Translations under genes and position numbers: made by a program
The notes under the pieces: model-generated
Database searches by the model: none
What the model saw: only the letters and a program-made list of their open reading frames with translations
Told to the model about the DNA's origin: nothing
Assembly (NCBI RefSeq): GCF_009834535.1
Contig: NC_045696.1
Span: 54,252,001 to 54,316,000 of the forward strand
DNA length: 64,000 bases
Source of the DNA: Camelus ferus
Taxonomy: Eukaryota
Direction of reading: 5' to 3'
Shown here: piece after piece, positions 12,799-26,085 of the stretch
How the letters are laid out: the number at the start of each line of letters is the position of its first letter
Position numbering within the stretch: the first letter of the stretch is position 1

Positions 12799-13820
12799 GT
12801 ACAATTCTTGGGGAGATAGTGGGCAAGAAAGACAGTGGGGGTAGAAGACTGGTGTAGAACAAAGATAGGGATGAATTTTGAATTTTGTATTATTACAAGT
12901 AAAGCTATTGTTTACTGAAAATTCAGCCTTTATGTGGAAATTTACTTCAAATTCAAACACGAAGTTTTTACAAAAGAAGCTTCAGAGTACAAAGTACAGT
13001 GCTCACAATCAAACATCCATTAGCATAGAGGGCTTATAAGTAGACATAAATATTCACTCCTGTGGCATAGCCCTAAGGATCCTAAACCCAGATAGCTAGC
13101 TCAGGCAAGCTTCTCATTTCTGGAATTGCCTGTCACAGATGTCCCATGTTTTAAGACAACCAATTTGTGAGCATGTGTGTGCGTAGTGGATTGGATGGAG
13201 GACAAAAGTATGTCATCAAAAAAAAGTTTACAAAAGGTCCATTTTTTACTTGGAAGAAAGTAAATATTGAACCAATGCACTTTTGTCATTAACATATTAG
13301 CAGAGTGTGGCAACTTCGTCTTGATCAGAATGCTTATGTGTCAGGTGGTTAGAGTGTAGAGAATTTTCCCCAATATAGGCGGAGGGATATGGAAAATGCT
13401 GCATCCCACTCCTGATGCTGCTAACAAACTCACTTTGAATCAGAGAAGTTGTAAAGGGAGGTGATACTCTCCTTTTCACAAACCATCTGTCTTTGTTTTT
13501 ATTTTTCAAACTGTTTTCTGAGACATCAACATGATAGTAGAAGATAACCTCTTTGGAAGCAATCTAACCCCAGGAAAAGCACATACAGGCACAAAAAAAA
13601 AAAATACAACCAAACTCATTTCACATAAAAACAGCGTTTTTATATGGCATTGCTTTGTTCTGACTTTATGATCAGTTTCCAGTGAAGCCTTCTCTCATAA
13701 CAACAGTACATAACATGCGTGCTAGGTTTCCAAAGGCAAAGGGATTTGGGTAAGAGGTTCTTTTACTTGCATTTACAGGTGACTTCAGTAAACACAGTCT
13801 TCTTCCTGTCTTGTAACTGG

Positions 13821-14728
13821 TGTAGGGGAGCAAAATCTGCCACCCCAAATTGCGTCTCCTTGACATGAGGATTAATTTCGGCTGATTATTTTAAGTCCCA
13901 CAAGACTCAGGAAGAAACTTTGACCTTCCTCCTAACTGCCTAAAAGAATGTAGATGGAGGACCTGTTCCAGGAAGGGAACTATCAGCATAGATAATTAAG
14001 AGTATGAACTAGGTGTTATGGACAGGAAAATACTTAGCAAAGTCTGTTGTTAAAATTCCTCTCTGTGTCCCATTGTCTCTGCAAGGCCCCATAAACATTT
14101 GTTTACTGTGGGAGAGGAAAAAATTTTCCTCTACGCTTTTAGGTTCTTCTGGCTGGTCTAAGAACTAAAATTGATAAGATTAACAGGAGAAAAATCAAAC
14201 AAAAGTTTAATAACATGTATACATGGGAAAGACTTAGAAAAACTGAGTAACTTGCCAACATGGCCAAAAACCTCACCTCAAATACCATCTTCAGCCAAAG
14301 ACAAAAGAGGATGTCAGGGGCAGCAACCTGGGACTTCAAAAAGGAGGGAAGCAGTTCACATGAAGATGGAAAGCTAGTATTTGGTAAGTAAATGTTTGCT
14401 GGGCCTTATAGAGAATATGGGACTTAGAGTGGACTCTGATCTCTAGGCCCCATGGAGTTCCCCCTGCTATGCCTAGACCTTTTTTTTTTTTTTTTTTTTT
14501 TTTTTTTGGGCAAATCTCTTTGGTGATAGCTCTACTTGAGAACAGGCACTGTATAAAATTTCTTTGGGCAGTGAGAGGGAAGGCCAAAGTTTCTTTCTGA
14601 GTCTTGAGCATTGACTGTTTTCAGCTTAAAATAATCTGCATGCCATAAAGACATTTTGGGGTAACATGTTTTGCTCCCCTATACTACCAACATCTGCTTT
14701 TCAGAGGAAAATTTCTTCCTCCCTGACA
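13821..14728 (+). mobile_element. ERV1-class solo LTR (MER34-like), outer element interrupted by a second LTR
   Basis: Starts TGTAGGGGAGCAAAA, ends cttcctccctgaCA; flanks ctgg/ctag (4-bp TSD, one mismatch); interrupted at 14107-14683. Confidence 0.75.
14107..14683 (-). mobile_element. ERV1-class solo LTR (related to the outer element), nested and inverted
   Basis: Reverse complement begins tataggggagcaaaacatgttaccccaaaat, like the outer LTR start, and ends ctctcccaCA; TSD ttac (14103-14106) / ctac (14684-14687); internal poly-T run. Confidence 0.8.
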
Positions 14729-15189
14729 CTAGTCTAAATGGTCAAATTTATAAGCAGATTGGGCAGCTGTACTTTTTCCTCCAAATTACAGAACTCCTCT
14801 CCTACGCTCATTAACATCTATATGGGTATTACCTAAATTTGTTCTAAAACTCTGTGCTAGTCCACATTGATCCACTCAACTTGGTCAGATTTTATTCTAT
14901 CTCCTAATTAAATAATGTCAACTCAATCTAAACCTGTCTAATCCAACAAAATCAAAGACTCATTTTTCAAGTACGTTCTACTACATAAAAATACATCATA
15001 GTCTTTCAAACTAATATACTGCTATGAAATCATACATGCACAAACTCAGCAAAATTAAACCTCCTTAATAACAGAATGGATGCTAAGGTATCTGTGTCCC
15101 AACCTCATTTTGCTGTTCTAAGCAAAAAGCAGGCAGCACAGCTAGGAGCTAAATCAATACCAACTGTATTAATAACAGCAAAATAAGCA

Positions 15190-15530
15190 TGTGTGCCTGG
15201 ATTTTATTTTTCTCCCTCAGTCGCAGATCCGAGCCTCTGATTTTAGTGTCAGTCTTGATTGACCATCAGAGACACTGTTCTTTCGCCTTTAAGGTAGGCA
15301 CTGTCAAGCCAAAATGTGTGGGGCCAGATCAGAAGAAATTGCCCAACAGATCTGTGGGGCTTGTCAAGGTTTGGAAATGGTGGAAGTTAGATGATTATAT
15401 TTGCATTGCATAATTGGCAGAGCCTGTCACAACATTGCTGAAGCCAGCAGCTGCTCTCTGCTGAGAGCTAATTCCACCTGATCTATTTAATATTATAATG
15501 AATTTAATCCTTTCCACATTCAACCAAAAG
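15190..15530. promoter_or_regulatory. Candidate developmental enhancer (TALE/POU motif cluster)
   Basis: TGATTGAC 15256-15263; TGTCA at 15247, 15302, 15362 and 15425; octamer ATTTGCAT 15399-15406. Function inferred. Confidence 0.45.
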
Positions 15531-15750
15531 CCAAAGAGCACAGTTTATGGCTAAACCTGAATTTGTAGAGAGAAGACAAGAGACCCCTCTGGTGGTAAGA
15601 ATTAATTTAGAGAAGGGTGCTGACAGTTACTCAATCCTTCTTTTTGGTTGAGGATATTTTCCTCTTGCAGGGAGCAAGCTTCAGTATAGTTTTAATTGTC
15701 CTTTTTCTCCTCAAGAAGAACTTTTGAAAATCAGAAGTGAGCTTGGGTAC

Positions 15751-16159
15751 TGTCATGGGCTGAACTGTTTCCTCCTCAACCCAAATTCATGTGTTGAAAC
15801 CCTAACCCCAAGTACCTCAGAATATGACTATCTTTGGAGACAGGGCTTTTGAAGAGGTGATTAAGCTAAAATGATGCTGTTGGAGTGGGCTGTAGTCTAA
15901 ACTGACTTGTGACCTTTTAAGAAAAAGAAATTTGGATGCACACAGAGACACCAGGGACGGACACACACAGAGGAAAAGCTATGTGAGAACCCAGAGAGAA
16001 GGTGGACATCTGTCAGCTCAGGAGAGAGACCTGAGAAGAAATCAAACCTGCCAACATCTTGATCTTAGACCTCTCGTTTCCATACTAGAAATAAATTTCA
16101 ACTGCTTAAGCCTCCCAATCTGCTGTATTGTGTTATGGTACACCTAGCAAATTAATACA
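15751..16159 (+). mobile_element. MaLR solo LTR (MLT1B-like)
   Basis: TGtcatgggctgaactgt...cccaaattcatgtgttgaa...aataaatttc...ctagcaaattaataCA. Confidence 0.88.
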
Positions 16160-16164
16160 GACAT

Positions 16165-16660
16165 GATCTAGTATAACCTAAAGTTGGACTCTCTACAGAA
16201 TCCCTTAAACTTTGGCTGAAATACAGCCAAGAAGGGACATCTCTGCAACTCAAGAGAACTGACTGCATGTAAAAGCAGATCATTTTGCTAGAAAGTTCTG
16301 TGTACTGAGGCAGAATGATCCACCTTCTAATTGCCACCCTACTGTCCCAGTTTCATACTCTTAGTTCAAAACCAAATCAAATGTCTTACTGGGCAGCTCT
16401 TCAATAAGATGAAGGCAGCCATCATGCCTCCATGCTCCTTCCTTAAATCTTCTCTTTCAAGTTAAACCTTTGTCGATGCTTTCAGAGTCCCTATATGCCA
16501 TTGTTCTGAGTGCATTCCATGGAATGTCTGTCCTCCTTGAAACTCTTCCACTAGGTCATTGCTTCTAGTAAAGTGAGATGTGGTTAAAGTTACTAACTCA
16601 GATATCACCCAGCAGTGTGAAGTGCTTCAGGGTTATTAGTTCTCTTGTTATCCACACCAT
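16165..16660 (-). mobile_element. Possible L3/CR1 fragment
   Basis: Weak resemblance to antisense CR1 (aaatcttctctttcaagttaaac..., tgtctgtcctccttgaaa); highly diverged. Confidence 0.35.
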
Positions 16661-16939
16661 GTTTTAGTATCCTCTCTAATAGTAAAGGATGATACAAACA
16701 AATCTTTAAATCCTGGTACAGAATGGTCCTGAGGAACTTGTAAACATGACACAAGGAAACTGAAGGCTACCGACTAAGCAGCTAACTATGCTTAGAAGAC
16801 ATTATTTTAAATGTTAAAAGATCTCCATATTCTATTTTATTAGATATATAGACCTCACACATCAAAGTATGTATCATCTGCCTACCTATCTCCAGGTTCA
16901 AGTAGTTTTATTTGTATGTGTTCATATAGTTGTAAATAC

Positions 16940-17017
16940 ATCACATATACATGTGTGTGTAGATATACATATACATATAGATATGGATATACATACACAT
17001 ATACACACATATATATA
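16940..17017. repeat. Imperfect (TA/CA)n low-complexity tract
   Basis: atatacatatacatatagatatggatatacatacacatatacacacatatatata seen directly. Confidence 0.8.
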
Positions 17018-18869
17018 GCATTTTTTCAAATACTTAGAAATCCTAAAACCAAAACCAAAATTCTAAGTATTACAATGGTATCCTCCAGGAGTGAACAAAT
17101 TTCCATAGCACACTCAAGGTGAGGATTACTGCACATATCCATTAAACTCAAATATACCACTCAGTTGAGTCTGTGATTTGCAGCTTAGGAGGAAATGGTC
17201 AGAAATGATGAAGCCCCTGAGCATTGGTACATGAACAGAGTTTCAAAAACAGAATAAAACAGTGTATTTTTTCTTTTTGGTTTCTCTTTGCTGATATGTG
17301 TACTATAACGCAAAATCTAACTTCAAAGGACTTTCATGCTTGCCCAGTAGGTGTTGAAAACAGAGCATAATTAAAAGCTTTTTCCCCCTAAACACACACC
17401 TCTTTAAAATGTTGAATGTGAAATCCAGCCGGCATAGAGGCAGGATACAGATATACTGCAGTCTATCATATGGACTTCTAATAGTTTTCCTATTATACAA
17501 ACATACAGAAAATACCTGGAGGCTGGGGCAGGGCTATAAAAATGTTTGGCACATGCAGGGGAATTTGAGAGCTAGTTTAGAGGCACAGTAAATAACACAC
17601 ATTAGTTATTTCAGTTACGGGAAAAAGGGTAACCAATGTCTCATACGCCCACAGCACCTGTTGTCTTCACTCCACTCTAGGAAGAATATCTCAAGAGAAT
17701 TATTAGCCCTGATATATGTGAGAAACTCCCTCAGAAATGTACTAAGAATATGTTAATGCCTTTCAAATTCCGTCTGAAAGAGAGAGGTCTCCTTTTTTGT
17801 TGTTGTTCACTTCCAAATGGACTCCCCTTAATCCCAAATTACTTGGCATTTAGCATTTTAGCTGACAGAAGGTAATGTCAAAAAAGACAGACTGCTTAAT
17901 GGAAAAGAAAAAGTTAATGAACTAACAAGGGAGTCATAATTACTTCACAAATCAAGGGAAAGATGGAATGGTTTCCAGGGGGGACATGGATGTATCAAAA
18001 TGTTTTTCCTAGAAACTCAAAGTGGTATGTTTTAAAGACTAAACTTTGGGAGTAGGGGGAGATCTAAGTGTTGATTATCACATTACTACTGATACCCTCA
18101 GAGCAATTATATTACATGGGTTTCCTGAGTAGAGGAGAAGTGACCAGGAAAGGAAGATAAGAACGAATGTGCGGTCTCTTCCATCAGGTGAATGGCTTTT
18201 CTGCCATATGGCATGAGGTGACTCATGATGAGGCCAGTGACAAGGAAGCCACCGTGTGGGCTTTTTGGAGGAAGCTCGCATGCCTGGCACCTGTCACGTA
18301 GCTCAAGCACTGAGCTGCCATACTTAAAATTAAATTAGAATGATTTAACCTTCATTAGCCCCTACCTGTGTTGATGAAGGCACAGACGAGTAATTGACAA
18401 AATCAGTAGGGGGAAGGCTGGGCGTTGATTTTAGACCTGGAGGAATTTTTGTGAGTAGATCAAATACTGCTGCGTCATACCCCCATGCTGTCAGGCTTTC
18501 TGCCCAGAATTCCATTTATTTGGAGACTGTGAAGCCAAAGTCAAGGATACCTAATGCTCTAGTATTTTCAGTAGAAAAATAAAGTGAACTGTCAATTGAC
18601 AGATTTTCTTTTATATAAAATGAACAGTCTAGGATTTATGGGGCAAATAAATATTGTGCCAGAACAGCTGGCAAGCACGAGTAAGAGCACACACTGCTGG
18701 TATGTTATCTGCAACCTCCCACACACATACTGTGAGCTGCAACTCTGTAAGTGGATGATTACAGAGGTTGTAAGAAAAGTAGAAATAAATACAGCGACGT
18801 TCAAAGAACACCTGGTATGAAAGATACCTTGGTTTCCAACAGAGACCTCAGTTCCATGGATGGCAGTTT

Positions 18870-19120
18870 AAGAGTCGTGGTTCAGAGGGCAAGCTCTGAA
18901 GAAGATGACCTGGGTTCATAATTTCATATAATCAGTCAGGAGCTATGGAACTGGAACAAGTCACTAACCCCTCTAAGCCTTAGTTTCCTTATATATACAA
19001 AAGATTTACACTGCTGACTGCTTCATAGGGTTATAGAGAGAAATAAATGAGTTACTCTACCTAAAGCACTTTTCACAGACCTTAACATATGATCTGTGCC
19101 TACTAAATGCTGGATATGAA
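18870..19120 (+). mobile_element. MIR SINE, near full length
   Basis: gacctgggttc...caagtcactaacccctctaagccttagtttcctt...catagggtt...aaatgag...aaagcactt. Confidence 0.8.
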
Positions 19121-19899
19121 TCCTATCATTAATAGTGTCTATGGTTTGGTATATTCTGATTTATGATGCCACTGACGATTTTCTTGTCCTAAATACTACC
19201 CATATCAATTGAAGGTAAAACAGCAGCAGCTTCTTAAGTTGGAGCCCATGAGGAATGGTGATAGGATACACTATTGTTTGAGGTATCTTAACACTCCAGC
19301 TACATGTAATTCTTTGCAAAAAGATAATCATGTTCATGGAATGGTTTAGACATTGCCTTATTTCTAGGCACAAATGAAAATAAGTAGATGTTACCTATGC
19401 TTTTGAATACTGTACACATAAAAGAAGGGACAGTTGAGCTAATCTAGTTTATTCAGCTTCAGTCAACTTTATGTGTGGTTTCACTGGAGTTGCACTTTGC
19501 TCTAGGTCTGTGCACACGTTGCACGGCTGACTTGAACTTTTGGAAAAAGAAAAAATGTTCCGTTAAGAAAACGCAAGTTAAGTCATTAGCTTAACAAGCG
19601 CTCTAAAAAAATTTCACGTACATTCTTAGACACATTGATGAACTTAATTAAGCATGTTAAGAAAACCACATCTAATGATTTAGTTTGAGCCAGCAGGTCA
19701 AAAGCCTCAAGAGTTCAGTGTCCCAGACTATACTGCTTACTACCAATGCCTAGCATGCAGCATGCTATGGAGTAAATATTCAATAACAAGTGATAAGTCA
19801 ATGGATTGTCTGCATGTGTGGGCATGAGAGCATGTGGGTATGTGACATTTAGACTCCATTTACAAAGTTCACGTCCTCATACCTCCAATATGTTCAACT

Positions 19900-20060
19900 A
19901 ATTATAGCTACTATTTTGATAAAACACCTTATGCCTGACTCTTTAAAGGTACTAGTCCTAATCTGTTTTTGCAGAAAAAGAAATTAAAGCTCAAATGTGG
20001 GAGTACAGTTGAGATCAAGGCTGCAGAGCTAGAAAGATCTAGAATCAGACCCCCAATATC
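19900..20060 (-). mobile_element. MIR SINE fragment
   Basis: Diverged antisense core (ttttgcagaaaaagaaattaaagctca...caaggctgcagagctag). Confidence 0.5.
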
Positions 20061-21064
20061 CCAGTCTCGGTTCATTATCCCATTTACTTGCCAACACACT
20101 CACATTTCAGTTCCTCTGTGCCTAGATGTGTGGTAGGGGTTAAGGTGTGCATAATTATCTCCTCTGCATTTTCTTTTTACCCCTCTGAGAACATCAGTTA
20201 TGCTACAGGGAGGACTAATTATTCTCTTCACACTCCCCATCAAATAAAGATTTATGTTTGGATGTAGCAAGGATAATTCTCCTTTAATGACCTAAGGTCT
20301 TTACATTCAACAAGTTCCAAGGAATACACTTACTAGTTCATATACATCTGGTTTCACTCTTTGCATAGCCCCTCACTTAGCTGTGTTAACTTCATCAAAA
20401 TAGTTAAACATTATTCTTCATCAACTCTGTCCCAACAACAGCCTGAAAGCCAAGGGTTTTCAGCTGTAATGGGTCTTTGTTTTTATAATCTTTTATCACT
20501 CTAAGGAATATTCCTGATAAATCACTATTTCTCTCTTTTGGAAGAAGGCCAGTATTCTTTGGGATAGGCACAGGTAAACATTCTTGGGTTTAAGATTTAA
20601 GTAAGGAGGGTTTTACCCACCCTCTTAATTATGAGGAAATGTGAAATTCAGTGGTGCAGAGAATCTATCTGCAGTCTTGCCCAAAGGGGATTCTTCTAGG
20701 TGAGTTTGTAAAACCCTGGATCAGACAGTAAAATCTTCATTCACTTTTGGTCACGGCAAAGGCCAAATTGAAGCTCATTTGCTGGAAATAGTCACATAGT
20801 TAAAATTCTCATTTAAGAATAATAACATCCAATGAAATGACATCTTTTCTGGAAAAGTGTCTCATCTTCAATATATGAAATACAGTCGCAGTTTCTCAAT
20901 TATAAGGATTAATAAATCAGTAATCCCTCATAAAATAAACTAGGTATCCAAGGGCTTGTCTCAGTTTAAGTAATCCACACACATATTTAAGAAAATACCT
21001 TACCATTAGTAAAAAGTTAAATACAGGACGTACAATATGAGTTCAAAAATAGTAACAGTAAATG

Positions 21065-21310
21065 TTATTTCTTCCATTTATTGGTAGCTAACAGTGTGCC
21101 AAGTTCTATGCTGTGTGAATTCCATTCATTAACTCATTTATCTATAGCTTAATCCTACAAGGCATATACTATTCACACCCCCAGGTTATGCTATTGCAGA
21201 TCAAAACAGATTCGAATTAGCAAGGTAAAGCAACTTAACTACGGTCTCAGACTTAGTATGTGACACTCACATGGGGCTGGCTTCAGGGTGTAAACTCTTA
21301 ACCTTCCTGA
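21065..21310 (-). mobile_element. MIR SINE
   Basis: catttattg...tgtgccaag...ttaactcattta...ggtaaagcaactt antisense MIR pattern. Confidence 0.65.
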
Positions 21311-21699
21311 GTATTAAATAGTACAGGCCTGTGGTTTGGTTCACAACTTCAGTGCTCGGACAGGTGTTAATTTTTAAACTTTCAGCAGTCTTCAGTTAAA
21401 TGAGAAAAATAAACATAAAAAGGAAGCATTTCAAAATGCTATGCTTTTTTGTTATAAAAGGATATACCTTTCAATGTTTTAAAAAATCATGGTGACACTA
21501 TAAGATAACCTAATCTCATTGGTTTTTAAATATGCTTATTTGGAAAAAATTAAAACAACAATACACTTTTAGGAGTAAAGGGAATAAAGGATCTTCAAAG
21601 GCATTTCTGTGTACTGGACAGGGCTGAGCTACTGTCTGGGGGAGGGGGTCCCTTACTGGAATGCTCAAGGGGGACAGTGTTAAAGACCAGTAAGAAGAG

Positions 21700-21925
21700 G
21701 ACAGGGAGGTAACCATGTGAATAATGGCCTTGATGTGGGAAATACGGAGGTGAAGCAGAAAAGCAAAAATTGTAATGAGCCTAAATGATTTGGAAAATTC
21801 AGAGAAATAGAAAACTCTGGGGGAGGCAGTGCTATACGATTTGGAGATATGGTGGGTTGACTATTAACTTGCTTTTGAACATGCTGAGTTTGTGGGTATG
21901 AATTCAGGTGGGAAAATACCATGGC
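21700..21925 (-). mobile_element. L2 LINE fragment
   Basis: Purine-rich antisense L2 motif ttttgaacatgctgagtttg...caggtgg. Confidence 0.5.
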
Positions 21926-22287
21926 AAGAATAGAAAGCAAACTGCTGGCTTCCTGATCCGATAAAAATTGAATTTTTCAGTGTAGGCATTGTGGTCAGTC
22001 TCTATAGCAGGCTGAAGGGAGGGGGAGTGGTGAATCTCTCAGCCTTGACACCTGTCCCTGTGATTCAGCTCCACCTTGGAGATTTATCTTAAGCGAATAT
22101 TGCCCCTACTGCATTAGACCGGAGCAGGACACATCCTCACTTCAACATTCTAGCCTGAGCCTGAATGCACATCCCTTCTCTTAATTTTGCAATTGAGAGT
22201 TGAGATCAGGCAGATACAGTCCCAAAAGGTTGACAACTCAAGGTAACAAAAGGGAAATTAACATAAAGCATATAACATATAATTAGA

Positions 22288-22410
22288 TCAATGACTTTTA
22301 ACCTCTTTTGGGTAGCTTTGAGAATCTGATGAATCTCCCCATATATACACACAATTTTGCACTGCCATGGCTTAACTCCTCCAGCATATTGACTCCTCAA
22401 GTCCTAAACC
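22288..22410. mobile_element. hAT-Charlie-like DNA transposon (MITE) remnant
   Basis: ttttaacctcttttggg...ctttgagaatctgatgaa...cacacaattttgca resembles short Charlie elements; subfamily not resolved. Confidence 0.45.
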
Positions 22411-25400
22411 CAGGAGAGAAAAAGAGACTTGAGAGATGCAGGAAGGAACTCCTTCTCTGGCTGTTTAAGGTCCATTTTCATGTGTAGATGATTGGCTTGG
22501 GGAAATATACATTCCCTTTAGTGGTATTTAATCTGCCTCCTTCCTCTGACATAGGGGTCAAGTCAGTTTATGACTTTCAAAGGTCATCCTTATAAAATAC
22601 AATACAATGAATTTAACATGGACGCAAGAGATACACAAGTGCAATACAAGAGTGCACTTTCATCATGTAAAGAACTTTAATAAAGCAGGGCACAGTGACC
22701 CCCCAGCCCCAAAGGCCTGTCAACTCAGGACACATTCACACTAAACACAAATCCAGAAACATACTTCCCGGACCCTGACTAGTACTGTAGTTCCATACTG
22801 AAATTTCATTGAGGGAGCAAGAAAGAAGACACGATACCTGCAAAGACAAACAGCAAACACTTATTCAAAGTCCTTCCTCATCCACATCTCTTCCCCAAAA
22901 CTCCATACACCGCAGCATTTGGTTCAATCTGTTCAAAATTTTAGTCCCTGTCCCTTCCGTCTTTCTTTCTCATTCCTCAATGTCCTCTTTCTTCGCTTAT
23001 GTTTTTCTCCTCCAGTTTCTTTTCTTTCCTTAGTGGGTTTTTCCATGCCCTTTCCAATGAAGAGATAACGATTTCCCTTTGAAAACAGGCAGCTAGGAGA
23101 GCTGCACGTAAGACTTTTAGAGCAGACAGAGCGCCAAACTTTAGTCAAGCTGAATTCCACAAAAACAGAAACTGTTTGTGTCTGCTTTCAGCCACATTCT
23201 GAATACCTTGCACAGTGCCTTACACTTAATACTTCGCAGAGTGTATTTGTTGAATAAATAAATAAAGAAGTTCTGATAGGATTTCAGTCAGAGTTTAGCC
23301 TTAGAAGCAGTGACTTGGAGAAGACTACTGAAATGTCAGAATTCTAAAGGACCATACACAGTACAATGAAGGAAGCCCTCTCTGATATTACTAACAAGAT
23401 ATACTAAAGAAAGAGTACAGAGGAAAAGAGAATATCAGATGTCCCAGAAGTGCATCTTGGAGAGAGGAAGGAAAAAAGATAGTGAGAATTAGTGATTTGA
23501 AAGAGAGATATATATATATTTATTTAAGATATATATATATATCTTAAAGGAGACCATAAGAAAGAACAATAATATAATATCATGGATACAGAAGAGGAGA
23601 GAGTTACAGAATATTCAAGGTCAACAACATATCACTGAAGAGGACCCACATAGCATAATCCTTCACAACAGTGTTTAACTTAATCAAAAGAAACAATTTC
23701 CTTCTGACCTTAAAGTTTCTTCATCTGGTGTGCTTTGCAGAGAGGTTGGTAGATCGCTAAATTAGTGTCTGAAACTTCTGGCTGATGAAGAACGATGAAA
23801 AATTATCTGGCTTTGCTCATAGCCGTGAGGACTAAATAGAATACCCCATTTTTATTTCATGTGCATATGTGATTCTAGGCTATTTTTGGTAATAATTCAT
23901 TCCCAGCTTAGCCCAGAAGAGTTGCTTTTCAGGAAAGGAATAAAGAACTCTAGAAAGTCCAAAACTATTCCAATTATGAATCTACATTTTAATAGATAGT
24001 ATTGTGAATTAACCTTATAAAGTCTGAATATTCAATCTGCTGGGGACAAATCTCATTACTAGTAATAATTAACCTATATTATGAACTAATCATCTGTGAA
24101 ATTTCAGTTAAACTTCTGATTTTAAAAGCATAAAAATATTTCAACCAAACAAGAAACTCTGCTTCATTACCCCGTATCTTTAAGTGATTAACTATTAACT
24201 ATTTTTTAAAAATTCCCCCTTATCTTTAAAAGAATGCTTAAGTGAATACATTAGATATTACACCTTATCTTATATTACATGGCTGATGTTTCAATTAATG
24301 TAATATGGAAATACAGAGATACCATACCCTGCTAGGAGTGGTGAGTAATCACTTTTATTTCCCCTCTTCTTCCCTTATTTTGAACCACCCTCAGCTACAA
24401 CTTTATAATTAATGATGTCCTATGATTATTATAAACCATATTAATTTCTTTAGAGCCACGTAATCAGGGTCATCTCAAAGAAATTACGACATTAGTGATT
24501 TTCAAGTGACTCAGTATCTGAGAAACAAAATCTTTATCTCAGTCTTCTTTTGATGATGAAAAAGGGTTAAGAGTTATTACTGGTAGAAGAAACCCTAAAT
24601 ATAAATTTTTGAAATCTCTCATTCACTTCAGCTAAGCTTTACAGTATGCTCACTTCTTTTGATCATTACACAATATCCCAAACCCTAGCAAATCAAGGCA
24701 CGGCTGGTTGCCTTCCACCTGGAGGAAGTGTCTGGCTGATATCCAAAGAGTTTGTTCATTAGACTACATGGGGAGCTGGCTTTATTCTGTCTTGTTGCCA
24801 AAAAAGTGCGTATCTAGTCCCAGCCTGATTCTTGCAATTTCTCAAGGGAGACTGCATGACAGTGTGTGTAGATAGATCACTGCAATTTACAATTACTCAA
24901 TAGTAGAAAAACAACTCAAATAATACATGGATTATCAATACTAGGTTACTGGAATTATCTCCTTATAACAATGATATACTAAGTAGACACAGTGTTTATG
25001 GAGTCTAGCAGTCTTAGACAACTCCCTTAAAACTACTGTGCTTATTTTTTGGAGTATCTAGTCTTGAACTATTCAGTTAGTAAAATAAGATTTTTTTCCT
25101 TATAGAAGAAAGAGAAACCACAAATTTGTTGAGAATAAAAGTGAGATGAAAGAGAGGTTCCTTATCTATTTACTTTTCCCCATTCTTGCCTCAAATAGTT
25201 CAATGAAACGCACAGAACATTAAAAATCTTTCAGATACACTCTTTCTGAGTGCATGGTAAGGCTGAGATCTAGTTCTCTCCAACCCTACAAAAATTTGGG
25301 GGGAACACTAATAAATGACATTTACAAAGTAATTGTTTTCTAAAGTCATCTGATTATGAGTATCTGATTCCATAGCTCCTAACCAGAGATTTAGGTTTGG

Positions 25401-25539
25401 ATTCAGTTCAATTTGGATTACAAAAAAATCTGTATTTTATAAAACTGACCTATAAATTTCTTTTCATCAACAAAGTTGGAAAGCACTCTAGGGAGATAAA
25501 TTAATTAATAAATCTTTCCAAAGTACATTAGGCGTTTGT

Positions 25540-26085
25540 TGTGGATACCATAAATTTGCTCAAATTGCATTCGATGTTCTTTCTAGAATACTCCCCTATA
25601 ATGCCAAGGTGGGAAAAACAAAAAACTACATTTCCCAGACTTCTTTGTAGCTAGTTTTTTTTAGATGTAGCTTAGATTTGTCCAGTCAGAACATTTCAGC
25701 TGAATATGGAAAGGAAAGGAAGAAAGACTGGAGGCATTTGGTTGCTTGGCAACAGTGTCAGCAAAAGTCCCAGGATCCAGTCACTACCTTCATGGGTGCT
25801 GTGTAGCAGAGTGAGGAACATCCTCTGTTTGGGACAGTCTTGTATCAGACCATGGGCCAGGCAGCAGCAATGGAAACTCTGAATGTAGTAGCTCCTGGAG
25901 CCACAGAAGAGGCATGACTTCCATCGTTGTGATGGGCTAGTGATATGTCTATCTGATCTGAAATCTATTTCTTCAACCCACCCATGAGTTTTGTAAACCT
26001 TTATTTTTCTTTGGTAAAGTCCCTTCTGTTTAATAAAAAATCTAGAGTGGATTCTTTTCTCTGCAATTGATTTTCAACAAATACA
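25540..26085 (+). mobile_element. ERVL-class solo LTR (LTR33-like)
   Basis: aactacatttcccagact...tagctag motif; 3' end ctagagtggattct...tgcaa...aataCA. Confidence 0.65.

Noticed and set aside
20685..20710. + strand AG|GTGAGT as a recursive splice site (also weaker AG|GT motifs near 80, 33498 and 56120)
   Set aside because: Either the pyrimidine tract is short or the donor is poor, and they lie on the strand opposite the inferred host gene.
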